NCBI GenBank assembly: GCA_965203515.1
Contig: OZ241907.1
Coordinates: 3,456,001-3,520,000 of the forward strand
Length of the DNA: 64,000 nt
Source: Spirochaetia bacterium
GTDB lineage: Bacteria; Spirochaetota; Spirochaetia; SZUA-6; Bin103
Direction: 5' to 3'
The position numbers were made by a program, and so were the translations under genes. The number at the start of each line of letters is the position of its first letter. Position 1 is the stretch's first letter. Below the pieces are notes generated by a model. It had not been told where the DNA came from and searched no databases. It saw only the letters and a program-made list of their open reading frames with translations. Shown here in pieces: positions 1 through 8,065 of this stretch.

Positions 1-367
1 CGTTCAGGGCGGCGACCGCCTCGCCCACGTGGTAGCGGACGATGTCCCGGTAGCCGAGCGCCGCCAGGTGCCGGCGGGCGCGCGCCGACAGCTCCGCGTC
101 CCAGACGACGTGGTGCACGGTGCCGCCGCCGTTCTCCCGGACGGCGCGCGCGAACCAGGCGGTCGAGTACCCGAACCCGGAGCCGAGCTCGAAGACCGAG
201 CGGGCGCCGATCATGCGGGTGACCTGATAGCAGAGCTGGCCGGAGGCCGGTCCCACGATCGGAAAGCCGGTCCGGCGGGCGTGCTCCTCCATTGCGGCGA
301 GCTCGGCGGGGCGGGCGGGAACGAGGTCGTCGAGATAGCGGCGTACCTCGGGAGCGATCGGGTCCAT
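1..367 (-). CDS. SAM-dependent O-methyltransferase (3' part runs off window start)
   Basis: Not in the ORF track. Hand translation from ATG 367: MDPIAPEVRRYLDDLVPARPAELAAMEEHARRTGFPIVGPASGQLCYQVTRMIGARSVFELGSGFGYSTAWFA, containing the ELGSGFGYS SAM motif I; GGGGAGG SD upstream. Confidence 0.85.
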   Translation of the reverse strand, partial: MDPIAPEVRRYLDDLVPARPAELAAMEEHARRTGFPIVGPASGQLCYQVTRMIGARSVFELGSGFGYSTAWFARAVRENGGGTVHHVVWDAELSARARRHLAALGYRDIVRYHVGEAVAALN

Positions 368-439
368 GCGCGATCCTCCCCGCTTGGCGCGCGGCGCGCA
401 AGCGGCGGCCGTCGAGGTGTTGAGCACGGGTGGCACCGG

Positions 440-571
440 CGGTATCGACGAGAACGAAGCATCATTGACTACCGATTGGTGGTGAAGATCAATTACCGAT
501 ATCGGGTCGTCTACGTGCGATTCGCAGGAACCCACGTCGAGTATGACGCCGTGAACGCGGAGGAGGTATGA
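440..571 (+). pseudogene. higB: HigB-family toxin remnant (C-terminal part only)
   Basis: Frame reads RYRRERSII-DYRLVVKINYRYRVVYVRFAGTHVEYDAVNAEEV*, a typical HigB C-terminus, and its stop overlaps the antitoxin start. No N-terminal half or start codon is recognisable. Confidence 0.75.
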
Positions 572-1794
572 GAATGGGAGCTATCAAGCCGATTCGGACC
601 GAGCAGGACTACCGGGCCGCGCTCGTTCGGATCGATCGGCTCATGGACGCGGAGCCCGGAAGCCCGGCAGGAGAAGACCTGGACGTCCTGGTCGATCTCG
701 TCGAGCTGTACGAAAGCAAGCACGTGAAGATGGGCTATCCCGACCCGCTCGCCGCGATCGAGTTTCGCATGGAGCAGGGGGGCCTGAGTGCGCGCGATCT
801 GGTCCCCTTCATCGGCAGCCGTGCCAAGGTGTCCGAAGTGCTCGCCGGCAAGCGAACGATCACCCTGCCGATGGCGCGCGCCCTCCACGAGCACCTGGGG
901 ATTCCGGCGGACGTGTTGCTCCGGGCGCCGGCGGCGACGCGTAATGAGCCGTCAGCCGGCATGGAGTGGCGCCGGTTTCCCCTGCGGGAGATGGCCAGGC
1001 GGAAGTGGATTCCGGATGTCTCCGACTTGGCGCAGCGGGCGGAGGAGATCGTCAGTGACCTGATCGAGCGGGCGGGCGGCTGGCAGGTGGCCAGGCCGGC
1101 GATGTATCGCAGGAACGATCATCTACGCGCGAACGCCAAGATGGATCCCTATGCGCTCGATGCTTGGTGCTGGCACGTTCTGGCGACGGCGAACCGGAGC
1201 CGGCCGCAGGTGGAATACGAACCCGGTACCGTCACCCCGGACTTCCTCGGACAGGTCGCACGGTTGAGTGCCTCGGAGGGTGGAGCGCTGCGCGCCCGAG
1301 ACTTCCTGGCAGGGCACGGTATCCCGCTGGTCGTCGAGGCGCATCTGCCCAAGACGTACCTTGACGGGGCGGCGCTCCGGCTTGGCGACGGACGGCCTCT
1401 GATCGGGCTGACGCTTCGCTACGATCGGATCGACAATTTCTGGTTCTGTCTGTTGCATGAGCTGGCGCACGTCGGCCTCCACCTGGACAACGACGACGGC
1501 GCCCTCTTCGTGGACGATCAGACGCTCCGTACCCTGAGCGGAACCGGTGAGGACCGGCGGGAGACGCAGGCCGACGAGTGGGCGGCAGAGGCGCTCATCC
1601 CGCGCGAGGTCTGGGAAGCGTGTGAGGTTCGGGACGACCCGACGCCGATGGCGGTGATGAATCTGGCGCACGACCTGCACGTCCATCCCGCCGTCATAGC
1701 GGGCAGGGTCCGGCACGAGCGGCGGGACTTCCGGCTGCTGTCGCAATTTGTCGGTACCGGCAAGATCCGCCCGCAATTCGACAGGGCGAAGTGA
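568..1794 (+). CDS. higA: HigA-type HTH antitoxin fused to ImmA/IrrE-family metallopeptidase
   Basis: N-terminus IKPIRTEQDYRAAL..LDVLVDLVELYE..PDPLAAIEFRMEQ..VSEVLAGKRTITL (HigA); C-terminus LRYDRIDNFWFCLLHELAH (HExxH); GGAGG SD. Confidence 0.9.
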   Translation: MRMGAIKPIRTEQDYRAALVRIDRLMDAEPGSPAGEDLDVLVDLVELYESKHVKMGYPDPLAAIEFRMEQGGLSARDLVPFIGSRAKVSEVLAGKRTITLPMARALHEHLGIPADVLLRAPAATRNEPSAGMEWRRFPLREMARRKWIPDVSDLAQRAEEIVSDLIERAGGWQVARPAMYRRNDHLRANAKMDPYALDAWCWHVLATANRSRPQVEYEPGTVTPDFLGQVARLSASEGGALRARDFLAGHGIPLVVEAHLPKTYLDGAALRLGDGRPLIGLTLRYDRIDNFWFCLLHELAHVGLHLDNDDGALFVDDQTLRTLSGTGEDRRETQADEWAAEALIPREVWEACEVRDDPTPMAVMNLAHDLHVHPAVIAGRVRHERRDFRLLSQFVGTGKIRPQFDRAK

Positions 1795-1821
1795 GTCTGA
1801 GCGGCGCCGGCGGGCGGTGAA

Positions 1822-2586
1822 TCAGTCCATGCGCAGGCCGCCGTTGACGGCTATGGTGCTGCCGGTGACGTAGGAGGCCGCCTCCGAGGCCAGGAACAGC
1901 ACCGCGCCGGCGCAGTCGGCCGGCCGGCCGAGCCGCTTGGCGGCGGTGGTCAGGCGCAGCGCTTCCAGGCGCTCCGGCGTGTTGATGCGGTCGTGGAGCG
2001 CGGTGCGGATCACGCCGGGGGCGACGGTGTTGACCGTGACGCCGGCCGCGCCCAGCTCCTTGGCCAGGCTGCGGGTCATCGCCTCCAGCCCGCCCTTGGC
2101 GGCCACGTAGGCGGTGGCGCCGCCCCCGCCGCCGCTACGGGCGGAGATCGACGAGACGTTGATGATCCGCCCCCAGCCGCGCTCGCGCATCGCCGGGGCC
2201 AGCAGGCGGCAGGTCAGCATCGCCGCAGTCAGGTCGAGCGCCAGGGTGTCGCGCCAGACGGCGAGCGGCGCCTCCGGCAGCGGGCGCGGGTCGAGCAGGT
2301 CGCCGGCATTGTTGACCAGGATGTCGATCGGCCCGCCCAGCCGCGCGGCAGCCTCGCCGCAGAGGCGTTCGACCTGCCGCGCGTCGCTCAGATCGGCGGC
2401 GACCGCCGCCACCGGCGCCGCGCCGGCGCGCGCCGTCAACTCCCGCGCCGCTGAAGCGCTGGTACGGTAGCCGACCGCCACCGCGGCGCCGTTGTCGATG
2501 AACGCCTCGCTGATGGCGCGGCCGATGCCGGCGGCGCCGCCGGTCACCAGCGCGCGCCGGCCGCGCAGGTCGACGTGCAGGTCCAT
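1822..2586 (-). CDS. Short-chain dehydrogenase/reductase
   Basis: TGGAAGIG, NNAG and YVAAK motifs; AGGAGG SD. Confidence 0.92.
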   Translation of the reverse strand: MDLHVDLRGRRALVTGGAAGIGRAISEAFIDNGAAVAVGYRTSASAARELTARAGAAPVAAVAADLSDARQVERLCGEAAARLGGPIDILVNNAGDLLDPRPLPEAPLAVWRDTLALDLTAAMLTCRLLAPAMRERGWGRIINVSSISARSGGGGGATAYVAAKGGLEAMTRSLAKELGAAGVTVNTVAPGVIRTALHDRINTPERLEALRLTTAAKRLGRPADCAGAVLFLASEAASYVTGSTIAVNGGLRMD

Positions 2587-2722
2587 CGCGTCCTCCTGCG
2601 CCTATCCATACCATGGGCCGCTCGGCATCCCGACGCAGCGCGACCGGAGCCGCCCGGACGGCCGGCGTTCGACCCGACGGCGACGGTCGCCGTACCGCCG
2701 CCGGACCCGTAGAATCGGGCGA

Positions 2723-4903
2723 ATGCCGGTGCGGGAGAAGATGCGCTCCACCGGGGAGCCGCGGCTGGAGCCGGTCTCGCTGACCGATCGGCAGCGACAG
2801 GTCGCCGATCCCCGGCTGCGCGGCAGCCTGTTCGTGGCCGGTCCGGCCGGTTCGGGCAAGACCACCGCCGCCGTGCAGCGCCTGCGCCGCCTGCTGGAGG
2901 CCGGGGTGCGCGCCGATTCGATCCTGGTGCTGCTGCCGCAACGGACGCTCGCACGGCCCTACCGCGAGGCGTTGCGCGACCGGGCGCTGGCGGCCGGGGC
3001 GGCCGGGAACGCGACCACCATCGGCGGGTTGGCCAAGCGGCTGGTGGAGCTGTTCTGGCCCCTGGTCGCCGAACGGGCCGGCTTCCACGATCCGCACCGC
3101 GAACCGGTCTTCCTGACCTCGGAGACCGCCCAGTACTACATGGCGCGCGTGCTGCGGCCGCTGCTGCGCGACGGCTGCTTCGCGTCGCTGTCGATCGACC
3201 GCAACCGCATCTACGGCCAGGTGCTCGACAACCTCGGCAAGGCGGCGGTGGTCGGCTTCGACTACCGCACGATCGGCGATCGGCTGCGCGCCGCCTGCGC
3301 CGTCGACGCCGACCAGGAGCGCGTCTATCGGGACGTGCAGACCTGCGTCACCCAGTTTCGGCGCCACTGCCTGCGCCACGGCTTGCTCGACTTTTCGCTG
3401 CAGATGGAGGTGTTCGCGCGCCACCTCATGCCGGTGCCGCCGGCGCGGCGCTACCTGATCCGGCTCTACCGCCACCTGATCGCCGACAACGTCGAGGAAG
3501 ACACGCCGGTGGCGCACGACCTGCTGCTCTCCTGGCTGGCCGACTTCGCCTCCGCCGTGGTGATCTACGACGACGACGCCGGCTACCGGCGTTTCCTGGG
3601 CGCCGGCGCCGATCCGGAGGACGGTCGGCGCTTCCGCGAAGCGTGCGATACCGCGGTGTCGATGGACCGCCTCCCGGAGTCGTCGCCGTCGCTGCCGGCG
3701 TTCGAGCGCCTGCTCGCATGGCACCTGGGGTCGCCGGCGCAACGCCGCGCGCGCCGCCCGCCGCGCGAGCGCTTCCCGGTGGGCGGCCAAGGCGTGCTGC
3801 GCTTCGCCCACCACCGCTTCTACCCGGACATGCTCGACTGGGTGGCGGCGCGGGTCGCGGCGCTGATCGGGGAGGGCGTCGCGCCGGGAGAGATCGTCGT
3901 GCTGGCCCCCTATCTGTCCGATTCGCTGCGCTTCGCGCTGCTCGATCGGCTCGACCACCACGGCGTGTCCGCGCGGTCGCACCGCCCGTCACGAGCGCTG
4001 CGGGAGGAGCCGGCGACGCGCTGCCTGCTGGTGCTGGCGGCCCTGGCGCATCCGGCGTGGCGGCTGCCGGTGAGGCCGGCCGAGCTGACCCATGCGCTGG
4101 TCGACGCGATCGACGGACTCGATCTGATCCGCAGCCGCGTGCTGGTCGGCGCCCTGTTCGATCCGGGGCAGCCGCCGGCGGGCGCGGCGCTGCGTCCGTT
4201 CGCGGACGCGCCGGCCGGGGTGCACGAACGCATCACCCATACCGCCGGCGGGCGCTACGAGGGGATGCGCGTCTGGATCGACGACTACCGCGCGGCGGCG
4301 GCCGCCGACCGGCTCGACCACTTCCTGCAGCGGCTGTTCGGCGAGCTGCTTTCGCAGCCCGGCTACGGCTTCCATCACGCTCGCGATCACGGCGCCGTGG
4401 CCGCGCAACTGGTCGAGTCGGTGCGCAAGTTCCGGTGGGTGACCGAGCGGGAGCTTGCCGCGGCCGGCGAGTCCCCGGACCGCGAGTACGCGGCCATGGT
4501 GGCCGACGGCGTGATCGCCGCGCAGTACGTCGGCGCCTGGGAGCTGGACGCGCACGACGCGGTGCTGCTGGCGCCGGCGTGGACGTTCCTGATGAGCAAC
4601 CGGCGGGTCGATCACCAGATCTGGATCGACGTCGCCGCGCGCGGCTGGTACGAACCGCTGCAGCAACCGTTGACGCAGCCGTACGTGCTGAGCCGCGGCT
4701 GGTCCGCGGGCCGGCGCTGGAGCCAGGAGGAGGCGGAGGAGGCGGCCCGCGATCGGCTGTACCGGCTGGCGGTCGGGCTGGTCCGCCGCTGCCGCACGGC
4801 GATCCACCTGGGCCTCTGCGACGTCAACGAACAGGGCGCCGAGCACCGCGGCCGGTTCCTGCGCGCCATCGACGCGGTGCTGCGCTCGGCGCAGGCCGCG
4901 TGA
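2723..4903 (+). CDS. UvrD/SF1 helicase-like protein with degenerate Walker B
   Basis: Walker A GPAGSGKT, ILVL, LLDF, LIADNVEED in place of DExQD, EIVVL. Start 2723 lies 7 nt after TAGAAT (alternative start 2741). Confidence 0.75.
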   Translation: MPVREKMRSTGEPRLEPVSLTDRQRQVADPRLRGSLFVAGPAGSGKTTAAVQRLRRLLEAGVRADSILVLLPQRTLARPYREALRDRALAAGAAGNATTIGGLAKRLVELFWPLVAERAGFHDPHREPVFLTSETAQYYMARVLRPLLRDGCFASLSIDRNRIYGQVLDNLGKAAVVGFDYRTIGDRLRAACAVDADQERVYRDVQTCVTQFRRHCLRHGLLDFSLQMEVFARHLMPVPPARRYLIRLYRHLIADNVEEDTPVAHDLLLSWLADFASAVVIYDDDAGYRRFLGAGADPEDGRRFREACDTAVSMDRLPESSPSLPAFERLLAWHLGSPAQRRARRPPRERFPVGGQGVLRFAHHRFYPDMLDWVAARVAALIGEGVAPGEIVVLAPYLSDSLRFALLDRLDHHGVSARSHRPSRALREEPATRCLLVLAALAHPAWRLPVRPAELTHALVDAIDGLDLIRSRVLVGALFDPGQPPAGAALRPFADAPAGVHERITHTAGGRYEGMRVWIDDYRAAAAADRLDHFLQRLFGELLSQPGYGFHHARDHGAVAAQLVESVRKFRWVTERELAAAGESPDREYAAMVADGVIAAQYVGAWELDAHDAVLLAPAWTFLMSNRRVDHQIWIDVAARGWYEPLQQPLTQPYVLSRGWSAGRRWSQEEAEEAARDRLYRLAVGLVRRCRTAIHLGLCDVNEQGAEHRGRFLRAIDAVLRSAQAA

Positions 4904-7206
4904 GCGCCGCAGCCCCGACCCGGGCGCCGGCACGGCGCGCGCCGGCGCGCGCCCCGCGGCCATTCACGCCGCGGCTCAGCCAGCGGCAGGTGCTGGCCTA
5001 CCGCGGCGGGCTGATGGGCATCGCGGCGGTGCCCGGCAGCGGCAAGACGGAGACGGTCTCCATGCTGGTCGACCGCATCCTGAATCTGCAGGTCCTGCAC
5101 GGCGATCAGGAGATACTGGTGGTGACGCTGGTCAACGCCGCCTGCGACAACCTGATCCGCCGCGTCGACGCGGCCACCGCGGCGCGCGCGCTGATGCCCG
5201 GCGTCGGCTACCGCGTACGCACGCTGCACGCCCTTGCCGGCGACATCGTACGCGAACGGCCGGAGGCGGCAGGGGTGACGGAGGCGTTCCGCATCGTCGA
5301 CGAGGAGCAGTGCGCCCGGATGCGGCGTCAGGTCGCCATCGCCTGGTTGCGCGGCAACCAGCACCGGTGCGAGTGGCTGCTCGATCCCGAGCTGCCGCCG
5401 GAGCGCCGCGCGTTCGTGCTGCGCGAGCGCATGCCGGAGCTGATCGACGAGCTGGCTGAAGCCTTCATCCGCTATGCCAAGGGCGAGCGGGTGCCGCCGG
5501 ACCGGCTCCGGCGGCTGCTCCGCGATCGCGGCGCCGCCGCCGGCGGCGATGGCGGCGATGGCGATGACGACGCCGGCCTGGTGGAGATCGGCGCCACTCT
5601 GTATGCCGATTACCAGCGCGCCCTGTCGTACCGCGGCGCGCTCGACTTCGACGATCTGATCTGGCGCGCGCTCGACCTGCTGGAAGCGGACCAGTCGCTG
5701 CTCGGCCGGCTCCGCGAGCGGTGGCCCTACATCCTGGAGGACGAGGCGCAGGACTCCAGCGCCGTGCAGGAGCGCATCCTCACCCTGCTGGCGGGCGAAC
5801 GGGGCAACTGGGTCCGCGTCGGCGACCCCAACCAGGCGATCTTCGAGACCTTCACCACCGCCAACCCCCGGTTCCTGCGCGCCTTCCTGCGCCGCACCGG
5901 CGTCGCCGCGCGGGAGCTTCCCGAATCCGGCCGCTCGGCGCCGCGCATCATCGCCGCGGCCAACCGGCTGATCGACTGGACGGCCGGCTGCCATCCGGTG
6001 GTCGAGGCGCGCGACGCGCTCGGCCCGCCGCACATCCGTCCGGCGCCGCCCGGCGATCCGCAACCCAACCCCGCCGACCGGCAGGCGACCGTCGCCTTCG
6101 TCGACAAACCGTTCCCGCCGGAGCGTGAAGCGGCGGCGGTCGCCGCTTCGCTGGCCCGCTTTCTGCGGGCCGACCCGGAGGCGACCGCGGCGGTCCTGAC
6201 GCCCAGCAACCACCGCGCGGACGATCTGGCGCAGGCGATCCGGGAGCGCGGGCTCCCCGTGGAGCGCCTGCTGGGCGGCGCCGGCAGCACGCAAGCGGTG
6301 GCGGAGGTAATCGCCGACGTGCTGGGCGCCCTGGCCGACCCCGACTCGGCCTACGCGCTGGCCGGCTGCTACCTGGCTTGGCGGCGCGCGGACCGGGACC
6401 GGCAGGAGACGGACGCCGCGCAGGCATGCGCGTTCCTGCTGCGCCGCTGCGCGGCGCCGGAGGACTATCTGTGGCCGCGGCTCGGCCGTGACTGGCTGGA
6501 CGGGCAGGAGATCGATGCGGCCGGGCGCGAGCGGCTCGCCCGGTTCGCCACCCTCGTGCGCCGCTGGCAGAAGGCGGCTGCGCTGCCGATCGACCAGATG
6601 GTGTTGACCATCTCGCAGGACCTGTTCGACGAGCCGGACGAGCTGGCGATCGCCTTCCGGCTGGCGGTCGGCCTGCGCCGGTCCGCGCGCCAGCATCCGC
6701 GTTGGGGCATTCGCGAGCTGATCGACGAGCTGCAGGCGATCGCCCGCAACCGGCGGCGGTTCGCGAGCTTCGCTCCCGATCAGGCCGGCTTCGACCCGGC
6801 GGCGCATCGGGGCGAGGTGGTGGTGGCGACCGTGCACAAGGCCAAGGGGCTGGAGTGGGACCGGGTCTACCTCACCTCCGTAAACGCCTATGACTATCCG
6901 GGCGACCCGGAGTCCGACCGCTTCATCGCGGAGAAGTGGTACCTGCGGGACCGCCTCAACGCCGCCGTGGAGGCGTGCGAGGAGGCGCGCTGCCTGCTCG
7001 CAGCCGCCCCGTACCGGCAGCGGGAGGCGACGCATGGCGCCCGCGTCGACTACATTCGGGAGCGCCTGCGGCTGCTGTTCGTCGGCATCACCCGCGCCCG
7101 GCGCGACCTGATCGTGACCTGGAACACCGGCCGGCAGGGCGACGTCCGCGCCGCCGCCGCGTTCAGCGCTCTGGCCGAGTGGGGGAAGAAGCATGGCGAC
7201 CGCTGA
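4900..7206 (+). CDS. ATP-dependent UvrD/REP (SF1A) helicase
   Basis: AVPGSGKT, LEDEAQD, VGDPNQAIF, TVHKAKGLEWD, RLLFVGITRAR; GTG start overlaps the upstream TGA. Confidence 0.92.
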   Translation: MSAAAPTRAPARRAPARAPRPFTPRLSQRQVLAYRGGLMGIAAVPGSGKTETVSMLVDRILNLQVLHGDQEILVVTLVNAACDNLIRRVDAATAARALMPGVGYRVRTLHALAGDIVRERPEAAGVTEAFRIVDEEQCARMRRQVAIAWLRGNQHRCEWLLDPELPPERRAFVLRERMPELIDELAEAFIRYAKGERVPPDRLRRLLRDRGAAAGGDGGDGDDDAGLVEIGATLYADYQRALSYRGALDFDDLIWRALDLLEADQSLLGRLRERWPYILEDEAQDSSAVQERILTLLAGERGNWVRVGDPNQAIFETFTTANPRFLRAFLRRTGVAARELPESGRSAPRIIAAANRLIDWTAGCHPVVEARDALGPPHIRPAPPGDPQPNPADRQATVAFVDKPFPPEREAAAVAASLARFLRADPEATAAVLTPSNHRADDLAQAIRERGLPVERLLGGAGSTQAVAEVIADVLGALADPDSAYALAGCYLAWRRADRDRQETDAAQACAFLLRRCAAPEDYLWPRLGRDWLDGQEIDAAGRERLARFATLVRRWQKAAALPIDQMVLTISQDLFDEPDELAIAFRLAVGLRRSARQHPRWGIRELIDELQAIARNRRRFASFAPDQAGFDPAAHRGEVVVATVHKAKGLEWDRVYLTSVNAYDYPGDPESDRFIAEKWYLRDRLNAAVEACEEARCLLAAAPYRQREATHGARVDYIRERLRLLFVGITRARRDLIVTWNTGRQGDVRAAAAFSALAEWGKKHGDR

Positions 7207-8065
7207 CGACCTGACCCTGAGCCAGGCCAGCCTGCAGCACTACGTCGAGTGCCGCTACCGGTTCCGGCTCCGCTACCTGGACCGTCTGGCGTGGCCGTCG
7301 GTGGAGGCGGAGCCGGCCGGCCGCCACGAGCGCCGTCTCCGCGCCGGCGCGGAGTTCCACCGCATGGCGCATCAGTACCTGCTGGGCGTGCCGGCCGAAC
7401 GCCTGCGGGAGTTGGCCGAGCACCGTTCCGGCGCCGGCGACGAGTTGCCCGGCTGGTGGCGGGCGTTCGGCGAGGACCGGCCGGCCGACCTGCCGGGGGA
7501 GCGCTTTCCGGAGGTGACGCTGGCGGCGGAGGTGGCCGACTGGCGCCTGGAGGCCACCTACGACCTGATCGTCGTGCAGGAGGGGAGTCAGGCGGGGAAT
7601 CGGGCGGTGATCCTGGACTGGAAGACCGGCGAACGCCGGCCGAGCGATGAGGACGTCGCACGACGGATGCAGACGCGCGTGTACCCGTACCTGCTGGCGC
7701 GTGCGGGCGCCGTGCTGAACGGCGGGCAACCGCTGGCGCCCGACCGGATCGAGATGCGCTATTGGTTCGCGGCGCATCCGCATCGGCCGGCCGTGATCCG
7801 CTACGACCGCGACCGCTTCGATGCGGACGGCGAGTTGATCGCCGACCTGCTGCGGGAGATCTCCGCGTTGCCGCTCGACCGGTTCGACCGCACCGAGGAC
7901 CGGGAGCGATGCCGGCTCTGCACCTACCGGTCGCTCTGCGACCGCGGCGCGGCCGCCGGGCACGGCGACGTCGAAGATGACGCGGAGCCGGACTTCTCGC
8001 TGTCGGACGACGAGGATGACACGATCGGGCTCGACTTTGCCGAGGCCGACGAGGTCTCCTTCTGA
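7193..8065 (+). CDS. Stand-alone RecB/AddB-like PD-(D/E)XK nuclease with 4-Cys (Fe-S staple) pattern
   Basis: SQASLQHYVEC, GAEFH, YDL, DWKTG, QTRVY, CRLCTYRSLC; acidic C-terminal tail. Confidence 0.88.
   Translation: MATADDLTLSQASLQHYVECRYRFRLRYLDRLAWPSVEAEPAGRHERRLRAGAEFHRMAHQYLLGVPAERLRELAEHRSGAGDELPGWWRAFGEDRPADLPGERFPEVTLAAEVADWRLEATYDLIVVQEGSQAGNRAVILDWKTGERRPSDEDVARRMQTRVYPYLLARAGAVLNGGQPLAPDRIEMRYWFAAHPHRPAVIRYDRDRFDADGELIADLLREISALPLDRFDRTEDRERCRLCTYRSLCDRGAAAGHGDVEDDAEPDFSLSDDEDDTIGLDFAEADEVSF

Noticed and set aside
2135..7194. Long antisense and alternate-frame ORFs (e.g. 2135-3982, 4612-7194 and many similar across the window)
   Set aside because: These are Arg/Ala/Pro-rich shadow frames expected in very GC-rich DNA; they overlap well-supported genes and carry no motifs.
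7193..8065. Cas4 / CRISPR-Cas system
   Set aside because: The 4-Cys RecB-like nuclease resembles Cas4, but no cas1, cas2 or repeat-spacer array is visible, and its context is a helicase-RecJ operon.
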